From NCBI GenBank assembly GCA_050331235.1, contig JBHJHA010000059.1:1-64000 (forward strand): a stretch of 64,000 bases of DNA, read 5' to 3'. The notes under the pieces were generated by a model, which saw only the letters and a program-made list of their open reading frames with translations, was not told the origin of the DNA and did not search any database. This document shows positions 42,794 through 54,140 of this stretch, piece by piece (position 1 is the first letter of the stretch; the number at the start of each line of letters is the position of its first letter). A program made the translations under genes and the position numbers. This DNA is from Leptolyngbyaceae cyanobacterium (GTDB taxonomy: Bacteria; Cyanobacteriota; Cyanobacteriia; Phormidesmidales; Phormidesmidaceae).

Positions 42794-42948
42794 ATCACTT
42801 TTGGTTTCTCAACAGGTTTTATGAGTGGCAACTTCTTTTGAGAGTAAGCGCATCGATACGCTCTGATTCAGATACAGCATAGGTGGGAAATTGCTGCACC
42901 ACACCGTACTCAAGTTGTAACCCAGGCCCATCAGCGGATTAGTATCGA

Positions 42949-43803
42949 TCATTGCTCAGATAACTCTGGTGAATGGTTGTCGGTAACCGTAGCTGGCTGA
43001 ATTTGCACGGTACCGGCCAATATAATTTGCCCAGCCGCCACTTCACAGGTCGTTAAGGACACCGTTGCCCCCAGGTCAATGGCAAACCCTTCTAGCTTGG
43101 GCAAGGGGGCCGAACTGGGTATCGCTCCACCCTCAGTTAGCGGCATTAACCAATGGGGATTATCCAGGCAGAGCTGATGGCCATTGCCAATCGATAGCTG
43201 GGTCTTAAGCGCAACTGCTGCCACAATTTGATGCGGTCGAGGGTGTAGCCGCAAGATGACGTGGTTTGCCTCGATGCTGGCGGACGGAGCGTAATGCGTT
43301 AACACTGTCCGCTGGGGTAGCTGATTTAGCGAGTCGCTGAGGCCATTGGCGTGGGGCTGGGACTGTGCTAAGAGCTGCAAAAAGTCGTAGAGGCCCTCAC
43401 CGAGCAGGGGAGATTGCAGCGATGTGTTGAGATCTGCCTCACTCAGAATGACCCGTCCACTAACGGGAAATGAGGTAAGCAATCGCAGCGGTTGGCGGCG
43501 AATCACCTGCCCCAGGTTGATGCGAATGCCGCTAGCTGTTACGGCGGCACAGCTGAGGTGTATGCCTTCGTAAACGGCCTTTTGCGCAGACAGTGCGATT
43601 TCTGGGATATGTCCAGAGAGGACCTGGCGATCGCGAGCTCGAATCTGAAAGTCCAGCTCTTCAACCTGATCAAGCTGTGTCGATAGCCAAAAGCGAATTG
43701 CCGGTGGCAATACTCGGCTAATGATGCGAGTTCCTTTGGGTCCATGGGTCGCATCCGAATCTGACACTGCCAATCTCCTTTTACTCAAAGCGCCTATCGA
43801 CAT
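42949..43803 (-). CDS. DUF2993 (LmeA-like) protein
   Basis: IISRVLPPAIRFWL, LSGHIP, INLGQV...PLRLL, LSEADLNTSLQSPLL. Confidence 0.75.
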   Translation of the reverse strand: MSIGALSKRRLAVSDSDATHGPKGTRIISRVLPPAIRFWLSTQLDQVEELDFQIRARDRQVLSGHIPEIALSAQKAVYEGIHLSCAAVTASGIRINLGQVIRRQPLRLLTSFPVSGRVILSEADLNTSLQSPLLGEGLYDFLQLLAQSQPHANGLSDSLNQLPQRTVLTHYAPSASIEANHVILRLHPRPHQIVAAVALKTQLSIGNGHQLCLDNPHWLMPLTEGGAIPSSAPLPKLEGFAIDLGATVSLTTCEVAAGQIILAGTVQIQPATVTDNHSPELSEQ

Positions 43804-43876
43804 TCAACCATGATAGATGTGGCAAACAGCCACGCAGTGGTCGCTTTACAGCCATAGCAGCCGATGGAGATCAAAA

Positions 43877-43937
43877 AGTCATGAATTCATGACTGCACTA
43901 ATATCGGCAAATTTAATTGTCATGAACTTATGACAAT
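43877..43937. promoter_or_regulatory. Pair of related palindromes GTCAT-N6-ATGAC in a divergent promoter
   Basis: agtcatgaattcatgact (43877-43894) and attgtcatgaacttatgacaat (43916-43937). Confidence 0.6.
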
Positions 43938-44113
43938 GCGATCCCAGAAATGGCTTTGGTTTCGTGAAAATGCCTTGAGAGAAGCGATTTCGGGGGTTGC
44001 TCTCAATGAGGAAGATCTGTAATAGTGTGGCCAAATCGTGATCCCGAAGATCGTGGTTTTGATCCCCGCTTCATGTTTGCGGCTGTCCACATCGTTATGT
44101 AGGAGTGAATCAA

Positions 44114-45388
44114 ATGTCTCAGTCGATTCCGTCTCTCGAAGAAATGACCCTGCGACAGCTTCGTAGGATTGCTAGCGAATACGAGGTCTCTCGTTACAGC
44201 AGGATGCGAAAGTCTGAGCTCATCGATGCGATTAAGATGGCCCAATCTCAGCGCACGTCTTCGGTGCCGGCACCCGCCGCTGCGGTTGAGGGGCAAACAG
44301 AGGTGGAAGCATCCAAGTTTGTGCCATCTACTGAGCCGATTCCCGCAGAAGCGTTGGCCTCTGTTGATGAGGGTTTACCGGATTTGCCTAGTGGTTATGG
44401 CGAAAGTCGCATTGTTCTCATGCCCCGCGATCCGCAATGGGCTTACACCTATTGGGACATTCCCAACGAGCATAAAGAGGATTTACGTCGTCAGGGAGGC
44501 GCTCGCCTGGCGCTACGGTTCTACGATGTCACTGACATTGATATGACTCATCAAGCCCCCCACAGCCTACAGCAGTATGAGTGTGATGAAATGGCTCGGG
44601 AGTGGTACTTGCCGATCCCAGTCAGCGATCGCGACTACGCGATCGAAATTGGTTATCTCTGTAACGATGGTCGTTGGTTGATCTTGGCTCGTTCCGCGCC
44701 GGTCCACATTCCCCCGGTCTACCCCTCCGACTGGATCGAAGATCACTTTGCCACCGTTGGTTGGGATCAGGATCTGCGCGGCGGCCAGATTGCCACTTTG
44801 ACCCATCCTAGTAAGCGGGTCGAAACCACTGCTGGCAACAAGATTTACGAAGAGATCTTTGGTATGGCAGAGTCTGCCGAGGCTCAGCGGGTTGCCGGTT
44901 CTCTGTTTGGCTCGATGCAGCACATTCCGGGTTCCGTCGTCAGCTCTTTTGCTGTGCCTGTTAGTTCCTATGTGTTCCCCTCGGGGATGGGCATGTGGGG
45001 CGGTGAGGTGCCGGCTATGGCCATTCCTACGATGTCGGGTGTGGGTCTTAACATGTCTGGGCTAACGATGTCGGGTATTGGATTCTCGGCTTCTGCCCCG
45101 CCCATTCGTCCCCGTCAGTTTTGGTTAGTGGCCGATGCCGAGCTAATTGTCTACGGCGCAACTGAGCCTGATGCTACGGTTACGATTGGTGGTAAGCCCA
45201 TCAAACTTAACCCAGACGGGACCTTCCGCTTCCAGATGTCATTCCAGGATGGCCTCATTGACTATCCGATTTTTGCAGTGGCAGCAGACGGCGAGCAAAA
45301 TCGAGCCATCCACATGAAATTCAACCGGGAAACCCCCTACCGCCGCACTAACACTAAGGATGAAGCGGTACAGGAGTGGCTGAGCTAA
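44114..45388 (+). CDS. DUF4912 protein with N-terminal Rho-N-like domain
   Basis: LEEMTLRQLRRIA..YSRMRKSELI, YGESRIVLMPRDPQWAY, FWLVADAELIVYGATEPDA. Confidence 0.88.
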   Translation: MSQSIPSLEEMTLRQLRRIASEYEVSRYSRMRKSELIDAIKMAQSQRTSSVPAPAAAVEGQTEVEASKFVPSTEPIPAEALASVDEGLPDLPSGYGESRIVLMPRDPQWAYTYWDIPNEHKEDLRRQGGARLALRFYDVTDIDMTHQAPHSLQQYECDEMAREWYLPIPVSDRDYAIEIGYLCNDGRWLILARSAPVHIPPVYPSDWIEDHFATVGWDQDLRGGQIATLTHPSKRVETTAGNKIYEEIFGMAESAEAQRVAGSLFGSMQHIPGSVVSSFAVPVSSYVFPSGMGMWGGEVPAMAIPTMSGVGLNMSGLTMSGIGFSASAPPIRPRQFWLVADAELIVYGATEPDATVTIGGKPIKLNPDGTFRFQMSFQDGLIDYPIFAVAADGEQNRAIHMKFNRETPYRRTNTKDEAVQEWLS

Positions 45389-45440
45389 CGAGGCAAATGC
45401 TTCCCTCCTGAAAGCTTGGAAGTTTCCGGAAAATCTTCAG

Positions 45441-45468
45441 AGCGCTGCTACGGCAGCGCTTTTTTTTG
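45441..45468 (+). terminator. Intrinsic terminator
   Basis: agcgctgc-tacg-gcagcgct followed by a T-run. Confidence 0.8.
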
Positions 45469-45509
45469 GCAAAAGGTCCCGAGCTAGGTCAGCCTGTTAA
45501 GGTGACAAT

Positions 45510-46073
45510 ATGGAAACTCACGACATCACAACTTACCTAACCCAGCGATTTGATCAAGCTGTTCAGGTTGATCCTCCAGATGCTTGGCAGGTCGAGACCG
45601 CTGAATTTCGGCTGTTGGTGCTGCTATCCGAAGACCAAAGCTGGCTGCGGCTCTTGATTCCCATCGTTCCAGCGGCGATCGCCCAGCCCTACATTAGTCA
45701 AATTCTTGAGGCTAATTTTGACCTCACCCAAGAAGTCAGATATGCCCTCCACCAGGAAGTTCTGTGGGGCGTTTTTCAATATGAGCGTGCGAGTCTGACC
45801 GCAGATCGGTTTGAGGCAGCTACCAACCGACTGTTAGCGATGAAACAAGGGGGCATCGATCCCTTCTTTAATACCCTCGTTGACCAGCAAATTCGGCAAA
45901 TTGTCTTAGCGGCTAAACAGCAAGGGCAATCGCTTGAAGAAACTATGCAAACCCTTGATCGCCTCTACAGTGAAGGGGTGATGGGTGACTTGAATGACGG
46001 CAGTGAATACCAGGGCCAAGTCTTAGCGGCGTGGCAGCGACAGCTGGAAAGATTATGGGCGGAGGATGGCTGA
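45510..46073 (+). CDS. YbjN / T3SS-chaperone-like protein
   Basis: LLVLLSEDQSWLRLLIPI, ILEANFD.TQEVRYAL. Confidence 0.65.
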   Translation: METHDITTYLTQRFDQAVQVDPPDAWQVETAEFRLLVLLSEDQSWLRLLIPIVPAAIAQPYISQILEANFDLTQEVRYALHQEVLWGVFQYERASLTADRFEAATNRLLAMKQGGIDPFFNTLVDQQIRQIVLAAKQQGQSLEETMQTLDRLYSEGVMGDLNDGSEYQGQVLAAWQRQLERLWAEDG

Positions 46074-46477
46074 TGGAGTTGCCAGCAATTTGCGATCGCA
46101 TTCGCCAAGATTACGTCAGTTTTCCGAATGACCAAAGTTACGAACTTTATGCTGATGATGTCTACTTTCGTGATCCGCTCAACGAGTTCACGGGTGTCGA
46201 GCAATATCAGAATATGATCGGGTTTATCGCTCGCTGGTTTCAAGACCCACAGTTAGATCTGCACCGATTGGAGATCACTGGGGATAAGGCCTTGGAAACT
46301 CATTGGACACTGAGCTGGATTACGCCGCTACCCTGGAAACCACCCATATCAATTCCTGGGTGGACTGAATATCGCATCAACGAGTCCGGCAAAATTAGCT
46401 CTCATATTGATCACTGGCATTGCTCAAGGCTCGCTGTTCTAGGCCAAGTCTTTGGTATCCGCCAGTCGCATCCATGA
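46073..46477 (+). CDS. DUF2358 (SnoaL/NTF2-like) protein
   Basis: FPNDQSYELYADDVYFRDP, WTLSW.TPLPWKP, I.SHIDHW. Confidence 0.85.
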   Translation: MELPAICDRIRQDYVSFPNDQSYELYADDVYFRDPLNEFTGVEQYQNMIGFIARWFQDPQLDLHRLEITGDKALETHWTLSWITPLPWKPPISIPGWTEYRINESGKISSHIDHWHCSRLAVLGQVFGIRQSHP

Positions 46478-46535
46478 CTGAGCCGATATTGATCCGTCAG
46501 GCTGACCGACAATCGTGACCATAACGGCTGGCAAC

Positions 46536-48026
46536 CTATACGTCGGTTTCGACTTTGGGAAGCGGTGGAAAACTGGGCAGCTCTACGGCGGATAAAGATT
46601 GGCGCTTCCGTTGAGCGGGCCGCAAAGGGTTGACCAAGGGCGATGGTGATTTGGGCGCAGCTGCCATTGCTTCCATCGCGGCAATTCTGTTCTGGCTCTC
46701 TATTCGAGGCAGATCGCTAGCGATGTAAGCAGCAGTTGTCGCCGCCGGGTCGGTGGTATCAGCTTCGGCTGGGATTGCAGCATCCTCGGTCAGAGGTGCT
46801 GCTTCTGGCTGAGGCGATGAAGGTGTGGGGAGTTCGTCGGCATCAGACGGCGTCACCTCAACATGGCCCTTGGGCTTTACCGGGGTCCCCCAGGGAATGG
46901 GCTCCGTAAACTCTGAGACGGAAGCCGTTGCCTCCGGCTCGGGGACCGCCTCGGTAGCTGGAGAAACTGAGGTTGAGATGGTTTCTGGCTCCTCGGGAAC
47001 CGTAGTGATTTCAACTACCCGTTCTACGTCTTGCCATAGTTGCTGCTCTGCCGTACGACTGTCCTGGCGATCGCCAGGACAGTCGTCATCTAATGAATCC
47101 AAAGGCTCAGAGATGGCGGCTTCAGGCTGACCTAAAGGGGAATTTGGACTTGACTCGGTGGCTTCTGGCTGGGTTTGGGGTGCCGTATCAGGAGCAAACC
47201 GCATCAGGGTTTGTAACTGTGGGTCTGTGGAAAGATGTTGGTTACCAGACCAGGGTTTGATACTGGCGGAGCGAGGCATCCCAACTGAGTTGGTCGGGCT
47301 AGGTACCGCCGAGATCGCACCAGCAGCGTCTTCAGCATTATGCTCAATCGTTTGTGAGGTTTGCTGAAAAGTTGAAGTGTCTAAGCACTTTTCTAGGGCT
47401 GCCTTAAACTGTAGCGTGTATTGCTGCTGCCGCTGTAGACGTGATCGTAGGTCAACGCAGGTTTCCTCCGCCGTTTGGAGTTGCTTTGCCCGCTCAGCCT
47501 TCCGCTTGCGCAAAATGGCACATTCTTTTTCCAACTGTTGGGCGCGATCTTCCGTGGTTTTGAGTTGAGCTGCCAGGGTATCAGCCAACAGTGTTTGACG
47601 CTCTAGCGCGGTATTCGACTGATCTAACTCACTCAGTAGTTGAGCCATGGAGCGGCTTTGAGCAGCCACGATTTTGTCTTCAGCGGTTAACCGCTGGGAA
47701 CGCTCGACCTCTTGTTGTAAAGTCTGCTGCGATCGCTCTAGAGCCTCCTCAAGCTGATGAACCCGTGCTAATAACACTTCATTGCACTGATTGAGGTCGG
47801 CAATCCGCGTCTGCAATTCTGTCACCGGAGAAGGCTGTGAAGTAACTGGAGTAGGCAATGGTGCTGAATCAGGCGGACTTAGTGGTGGTAACCCCATGAA
47901 CGGCAGCGTCTCCCAATCGTCATCAGTACTAGATGCACGCACTGCCGAATTTAGAGGAAGCTGACCTTGAGGCCTCCTCAGGGCATCGGCATCATTGGAA
48001 TGGGAAGACACTTTTCCTTCGCTCAT
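46536..48026 (-). CDS. Conserved cyanobacterial coiled-coil protein
   Basis: DLRSRLQRQQQYTLQFKAALEKCL; C-terminal SPSPLV...RQSLSAVELPSFP. Confidence 0.7.
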   Translation of the reverse strand: MSEGKVSSHSNDADALRRPQGQLPLNSAVRASSTDDDWETLPFMGLPPLSPPDSAPLPTPVTSQPSPVTELQTRIADLNQCNEVLLARVHQLEEALERSQQTLQQEVERSQRLTAEDKIVAAQSRSMAQLLSELDQSNTALERQTLLADTLAAQLKTTEDRAQQLEKECAILRKRKAERAKQLQTAEETCVDLRSRLQRQQQYTLQFKAALEKCLDTSTFQQTSQTIEHNAEDAAGAISAVPSPTNSVGMPRSASIKPWSGNQHLSTDPQLQTLMRFAPDTAPQTQPEATESSPNSPLGQPEAAISEPLDSLDDDCPGDRQDSRTAEQQLWQDVERVVEITTVPEEPETISTSVSPATEAVPEPEATASVSEFTEPIPWGTPVKPKGHVEVTPSDADELPTPSSPQPEAAPLTEDAAIPAEADTTDPAATTAAYIASDLPRIESQNRIAAMEAMAAAPKSPSPLVNPLRPAQRKRQSLSAVELPSFPPLPKVETDV

Positions 48027-48259
48027 GACATGTAGAGTGGATTTTCAAGAGTTCTTAGAATTCACCAACCGCATATGTAGCGTATTCTCTCAAACAATTC
48101 CTAATGGTGTAGCACAGAAAGCAAAATTCAGAACTAAATGTCAAGAAATTGTTTTCTGATGAGGGGGCTGAACCCTCTTCCGGCAGCCTGACCCATGAAG
48201 CTAGGTTAGCGTTATATAAATCACTTTCATCAGTGATTATCCCTACCGTCAGTGTGTAA

Positions 48260-48345
48260 GAAAACCTGAGGTCTTGTTCGGTGTTATCCCCAGTAAACTG
48301 TCACTTGCTGCGGTTAGGGGATTGACTGAACGCCCTCAGGTTTTC
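48260..48345 (+). ncRNA. Orphan long imperfect hairpin, candidate sRNA
   Basis: 12-bp perfect outer stem gaaaacctgagg/cctcaggttttc plus three nested stems. Confidence 0.4.
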
Positions 48346-48594
48346 ATTATTTTGTTCAAATCAACGAGCTCTGTTGCTGACTAGCTGCTGTCAATGCCTG
48401 GCCCCAACAAAGGAAAGCCAGCTTGAGCGGCCCACATCGAGGAGCGAACCTAATCATTTAGCTTAGTTCTGTCACGATGCTATGACTCGGGCTAGGCCTG
48501 ACGCTCCTACATGGCTTCGGTCGACAGCAGCTGTATTGATGCCGCTCCCATTTTTAGGGGACAGTCGCCACCAGAGCCATAGCATAACTTTGAG

Positions 48595-49680
48595 TTAAGC
48601 TTTGCGGAGAAAGCGGTACAACATTTCCTGGTGAATCAAAGCGCGATCAATCCGTGACTGAATCTGGTCTGGGGATGCTGGCAAGCCATCGGCATATTGC
48701 CGCAGTAGCGCCTGGGTCATTTCTTTAGACGTCTCGGGCCAAGGGGACAGGGCGAAATCTGGTTTAGTGGTTGCTGCTTTAGGGGGGGCCATCTCCCAGC
48801 CAGGCATGTCCAAGTCTTCGGCGAGGTAGGTGACTTTGGGATCGTAACTTAGGGCAAAGCAGCGACAGCCTTCGGCTGCTGCCATGATGAGTGCATGAAG
48901 GCGCATAGCGATCGCCATTTCTACCCCGCGAAACACCCCTTTGAGCTCTCGCGGATCAGCCAGTGACAAAATTTGGCAAGGTCCGGGCAGATGCGGCGCG
49001 ATCGCCTCGGCGACGGCATTATCTTTACTGGGTTGAAACGGGACTAGAAGAATGCTGACTCCTGTGGCCGTTTGAAAGTTAGCAAGGGCTTTGCGGAATT
49101 GGGCTAGACGACCATCGGTGAGCCAGGGATGGGCCCGTAACGCCACTGCCACTCGAGGCGCGGGAAAATTGGCTAATCCCGATACCGGCGTGGATTCTAA
49201 GGCCCAAACGGGGTCCGGGGATAGCCAAGCGCGAATCTGCCAATTAGCTGCCTGCTCCGCCGAGGCGCGATCGCGCACCGTGACGCCGGTACATTGGTAA
49301 AACGCCTTGTAGGCCAATCTCTTGGTCCAGCCTCGGCGGAGTGGTCCAATTCCCTGGGCCCATGCCACGGTTTTTAGTCCGCGTAGCTGTGCCCACAACA
49401 TCAGCCCGCCATAATAGATGGGATTCATTGCGCTGGTAGTGTCCTGCATGAGGCTGCCACCTCCCCAGATAAATCCCTCGGCTCCCCGAAAGGCCGACCA
49501 TAGCCCAGTGATCGACTTCCGTGGGTAAGACTCCACCCCAAATCGCTGGGCAGTTTCCTGGGGATGGCCAGACAGTATGACCGGTACCACCTCCGGCGGC
49601 AGCATCTGCAGCAGCGATGCGAGCAGGGCTTCATCCCCGCCATTACCCATGCCGTAGTAGCCGCACAATACAACCCTCAT
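48595..49680 (-). CDS. csaB: Polysaccharide pyruvyl transferase CsaB
   Basis: LCGYYGMGNGGDEALL, GGGSLMQD, WAQGIGP, AMRLHALI, SYDPKV. Confidence 0.92.
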   Translation of the reverse strand: MRVVLCGYYGMGNGGDEALLASLLQMLPPEVVPVILSGHPQETAQRFGVESYPRKSITGLWSAFRGAEGFIWGGGSLMQDTTSAMNPIYYGGLMLWAQLRGLKTVAWAQGIGPLRRGWTKRLAYKAFYQCTGVTVRDRASAEQAANWQIRAWLSPDPVWALESTPVSGLANFPAPRVAVALRAHPWLTDGRLAQFRKALANFQTATGVSILLVPFQPSKDNAVAEAIAPHLPGPCQILSLADPRELKGVFRGVEMAIAMRLHALIMAAAEGCRCFALSYDPKVTYLAEDLDMPGWEMAPPKAATTKPDFALSPWPETSKEMTQALLRQYADGLPASPDQIQSRIDRALIHQEMLYRFLRKA

Positions 49681-49866
49681 GCCCACTCCGTAAAAAAATG
49701 CCCCTATCACAATACTGAACTGCTGACCCGAAGCCTAACTTTGCGCTGGAGCATCGGTAGAATGACTTCGGTAGGGATAAGCTGCGCCGATTTGGCCGTG
49801 ATTGGTCAAGGCCGCTCTAAATCGATATGACTCTGCTTCCTTCCACCGTTATTCCAATATTTTCCT

Positions 49867-50178
49867 ATGCACGCTCTTTCGATTCCCACTTGGATAGTTC
49901 ACGTAACTAGCGTGATTGAATGGATTGCCGCCATCTGGTTTATTTGGCTGTTTGCTAAGGTCACCGAACTAACGGCATGGCGTACGCTCTCGTTTGCGAT
50001 GTTACCGGCTCTAGTGAGTGCCATGTGCGCCTGTACTTGGCACTTTTTTGACAACGCCGAGTCTCTAGCTTGGCTGGTTACAGTGCAAGCGGCCATGACC
50101 GTGGTCGGTAACTGCACTGTCTGCATCGCGGCCTGGTGGATCTGGCGACAGTCCCGGCGCTCAACCCCGGCCAGTTAA
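49867..50178 (+). CDS. DUF2499 / Ycf49-like membrane protein
   Basis: MHALSIPTWIVHVTSVIEW, SAMCACTWHFFDN. Confidence 0.88.
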   Translation: MHALSIPTWIVHVTSVIEWIAAIWFIWLFAKVTELTAWRTLSFAMLPALVSAMCACTWHFFDNAESLAWLVTVQAAMTVVGNCTVCIAAWWIWRQSRRSTPAS

Positions 50179-50233
50179 GGGGGCTTGCCCCCTCAAATAC
50201 CCAGTCTATCCACTTCACCGACTAAAGAAACCC

Positions 50234-50536
50234 ATGCTGGATAAGCAAAACCTGTTCGCCATATCGCTATTTCCCTACCTAGGATTTCTATATTTTTTGA
50301 CTCGCTCGGGCCAGACGCCGCGGCTGGCTCTGGCCGGATTCTATGTACTGCTGATTTTTGTTGTGGTCACAATTCCTGCTGGCATTTATGCCCAGCAAGC
50401 CTTTGGCACTGAGTTAGCTAATGTCGATTGGCTGCATGGTTCGGCTGAAGTGTTTTTGACGATTTCTAATATTTTGGTGGTACTTGGCTTTCGGCAGGCT
50501 GTCTTGAGACATCAAAAGGCTCAAAAAGAGAGTTGA
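50234..50536 (+). CDS. DUF3593 membrane protein
   Basis: LFAISLFPYLGFL, LANVDWLHGSAE. Confidence 0.85.
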   Translation: MLDKQNLFAISLFPYLGFLYFLTRSGQTPRLALAGFYVLLIFVVVTIPAGIYAQQAFGTELANVDWLHGSAEVFLTISNILVVLGFRQAVLRHQKAQKES

Positions 50537-50913
50537 GCGGCGGGTCGCTGATGCAAAATTAAACGGTTGCCGTCAGGGTCGTAAGCATAGATTTCTCGTC
50601 CATGGGAGGCTGCGATAATGTCTCCAGATGGGGGGTAGCCGATCGCCTGAAAATGGGCGATCGCCATATCCAGATCATTGACCTCTAAACACAGACTTAG
50701 GGGAGATTTGGTCGGCTGCGCAAATTCCGTTTGATGGGTACCTCGAGGCTGAAACAGACTCAGCTTGAGGCCCGCCAGCTTAAATTCGGCATATTTTTCA
50801 GGAATCAACGGTTCGGGGGTTTGCAACAGCAGGGCTGCATAAAATTTCACCAGTCGGGTTAAGTCGCTGGTAGCCAAGGCGACGTAGGCTTCGGAGCAAA
50901 AGTTTGAGGACAT
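50521..50913 (-). CDS. VOC/glyoxalase family protein
   Basis: LVKFYAALL, LCLEV.DL, HGREIYAYDPDGNRL. Confidence 0.85.
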   Translation of the reverse strand: MSSNFCSEAYVALATSDLTRLVKFYAALLLQTPEPLIPEKYAEFKLAGLKLSLFQPRGTHQTEFAQPTKSPLSLCLEVNDLDMAIAHFQAIGYPPSGDIIAASHGREIYAYDPDGNRLILHQRPAAQLSF

Positions 50914-51111
50914 ATTGAGGATGTGCGGTAATAACACAGCAGCAACGGGCGGATCCGATTAGCCAAGATCTGCTGACCGAGGGAAGACACGCCCATTCTT
51001 TGACTTGCTACGCTGATAGCGATCGTGATCAAGATCAATACTCGCCATATTCGATGGTGATGACAGACTGATGCAACACGATAACGTCAATGTTTGACAG
51101 GAGACAGTTCC

Positions 51112-52188
51112 ATGGTTGCGACCGCAGCTCAAAGTATCGCCGATCATCTGGGTGATGAGGCCGACTATTTGCTTGATTACACCGCTAAGGTTGACAAGTC
51201 ACTGCTACATTTACCTGGGCCAGATTGGGTTTCACGAATTTTTGCCCAGAGCGATCGCTCATCCCAAGTGATGCGGAGCCTCCAGCAGCTCTATGGCACC
51301 GGTCGGCTGGCCAATACGGGATATTTGTCGATTCTCCCCGTTGACCAAGGAATTGAGCACTCCGCCGCCGCTTCTTTTGCCCCCAATCCGATTTACTTTG
51401 ATCCGCAAAACATTGTCGAGCTGGCGATCGCCGGCGGATGCAACGCGGTTGCTACGACGGTGGGAGTGCTTGGCAGCGTCTCTCGGCAGTATGCCCACAA
51501 GATTCCGTTTATCGCTAAGCTCAATCACAGTGAGCTGCTTACCTTTCCCAACGAAAATGACCAGGTTATGTACGCCTCGGTTGAGCAAGCGTGGGATTTG
51601 GGGGCGGTTGCAGTAGGCGCAACAGTTTATTTTGGTTCTCAAGAATCCACCCGACAGCTCCAAGAGGTGCGTGCTGCCTTTGCTAGGGCCCATGAACTCG
51701 GTATGGCGACCATTCTCTGGTGCTACTTGCGTAACAGTGCCTTTAAGCAGAATCAGGACTATCATCTTGCGGCTGACCTCACGGGCCAAGCCAATCATTT
51801 GGGCACAACTATCCAGGCCGACATCATTAAGCAAAAACTGCCAGAGAATAACGGCGGCTATAAAGCAGTTGCAGAGGCTACGGGCCAGAAGTTTGGCCGC
51901 ACTGACGAGCGAGTGTATACCGAGCTCACCAGTGACCATCCCATCGACTTAACGCGCTATCAAGTATTGAATTGCTATGCGGGACGGGCGGGATTGATCA
52001 ACTCGGGTGGCGCTTCGGGTAAAAATGACTTTGCCGAAGCCGTGAGGACTGCCGTTATCAACAAACGAGCGGGCGGTTGTGGACTAATTTCAGGGCGTAA
52101 AACCTTTCAGCGTGACTTCAAAGAAGGGGTCAAGCTTTTTCATCTGATTCAGGATGTCTACCTGTCCGACGATATTGCCATCGCTTAG
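51112..52188 (+). CDS. fbaB: Class I fructose-bisphosphate aldolase
   Basis: [37 protein letters not shown]. Confidence 0.95.
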   Translation: MVATAAQSIADHLGDEADYLLDYTAKVDKSLLHLPGPDWVSRIFAQSDRSSQVMRSLQQLYGTGRLANTGYLSILPVDQGIEHSAAASFAPNPIYFDPQNIVELAIAGGCNAVATTVGVLGSVSRQYAHKIPFIAKLNHSELLTFPNENDQVMYASVEQAWDLGAVAVGATVYFGSQESTRQLQEVRAAFARAHELGMATILWCYLRNSAFKQNQDYHLAADLTGQANHLGTTIQADIIKQKLPENNGGYKAVAEATGQKFGRTDERVYTELTSDHPIDLTRYQVLNCYAGRAGLINSGGASGKNDFAEAVRTAVINKRAGGCGLISGRKTFQRDFKEGVKLFHLIQDVYLSDDIAIA

Positions 52189-52220
52189 GGCGATCACGCG
52201 ACTGTTCGATCCCTGTAAAT

Positions 52221-52262
52221 TCCAAAGCGGGATGCTGACGATCGTCAGCATCCCGCTTTGGA
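52221..52262. repeat. Perfect 42-bp palindrome, probable bidirectional terminator
   Basis: tccaaagcgggatgctgacga|tcgtcagcatcccgctttgga between convergent fbaB and trxA. Confidence 0.85.
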
Positions 52263-52401
52263 GATTTCTGATCTTTCGAGCACGACTGTTATGAATGCAG
52301 TTACCACCTTGAGGATAAAAACTCAAAGTGGCACCGCCTTCGAAAACGCAGTGCCACTCAACATAAGCTCAGCCGTGATGCAGTTGGTTGGTCGGCTCCA
52401 G

Positions 52402-52722
52402 TTAGAGATACTTTTCTAGAGTATTTGCCAACGTTGTCTTGGGTACAGCCCCTACAACCATGTCAACGCGCTGACCATCCTTGAAAATCATCAATGTGGG
52501 AATGCTGCGGATGCCATACTGGCTAGCAACGCTGGGGTTCTCATCGGTATTGAGTTTGACCACTTTTACCTGTCCGTCGTACTGCTCAGAAATCTCATCA
52601 ACGACGGGAGCAACCATCCGGCAAGGTCCACACCAGGGTGCCCAAAAATCAACGAGAACGGGGAGTTCACTCTCAAGCACGTCCTGCTTGAATGAAGAGT
52701 CGGTTACTTGTACGGCTGCCAT
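52402..52722 (-). CDS. trxA: Thioredoxin (m-type)
   Basis: [22 protein letters not shown]. Confidence 0.96.
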   Translation of the reverse strand: MAAVQVTDSSFKQDVLESELPVLVDFWAPWCGPCRMVAPVVDEISEQYDGQVKVVKLNTDENPSVASQYGIRSIPTLMIFKDGQRVDMVVGAVPKTTLANTLEKYL

Positions 52723-52910
52723 GCCTTAGATATCCTTACCTTTCCTAGTCATCAGAATTTTACCATAGCCAATGATGCATCCTATCTGTGCTTGGCTTTG
52801 CATTCGGACACACTCTGATGCGACCTGCGGTAGAGCGCTGACTGGTTGCACCGGCTATACATCTGGGGCAGGTTAGATTGACCGCCGACAGCGGTGATTG
52901 CCCAGTCCAT

Positions 52911-53228
52911 TTACAGATGTGGCTGCAGGTCTTGAATGAGCTGCTCTGCTGTGCGCACCCCTTCAAAGCGCTGGATCGATTGTCCCTGTTTAAACAACAC
53001 CAACGTGGGTAAGGCATGAATTTGATACTGCGTGGCCAACTGTGGATAACGATCCGTATCAATCTTGACGACTTTGATCTGCTCTTTCAGCTGAGTGTTG
53101 ACCTGCTCTAGGATGGGCGACATCATTTGGCAGGGACCACACCAAGTCGCATAAAAATCTACCAGGACAGGGCGATCGCTCTGGGCGAGCAAATCACTAA
53201 AACTGCTGAACTGTTGTTTAGTCGCCAC
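52911..53228 (-). CDS. Thioredoxin (y-type-like)
   Basis: VDFYATWCGPCQMM, KIDTDRYP, ALPTL. Confidence 0.92.
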   Translation of the reverse strand: MATKQQFSSFSDLLAQSDRPVLVDFYATWCGPCQMMSPILEQVNTQLKEQIKVVKIDTDRYPQLATQYQIHALPTLVLFKQGQSIQRFEGVRTAEQLIQDLQPHL

Positions 53229-53352
53229 GGCATATAGACCTCTTCATCAATAGTAATTTTAATGCTAATGCGACCTCAACAATCTGAAGTAGGTAAAGCC
53301 GAATTGTTTTTGGGAGAATTACTCGATGGCGTAGGATAATCCTTTGGATTGA

Positions 53353-54123
<771 letters not shown>

Positions 54124-54140
54124 CCGAGTCAATCTGCACT

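Noticed and set aside
48161..48195. GGTCAGG..CCGGAAG on the minus strand resembling SRP RNA
   Set aside because: Lacks the GGAAGCAGC continuation and the enclosing long stem
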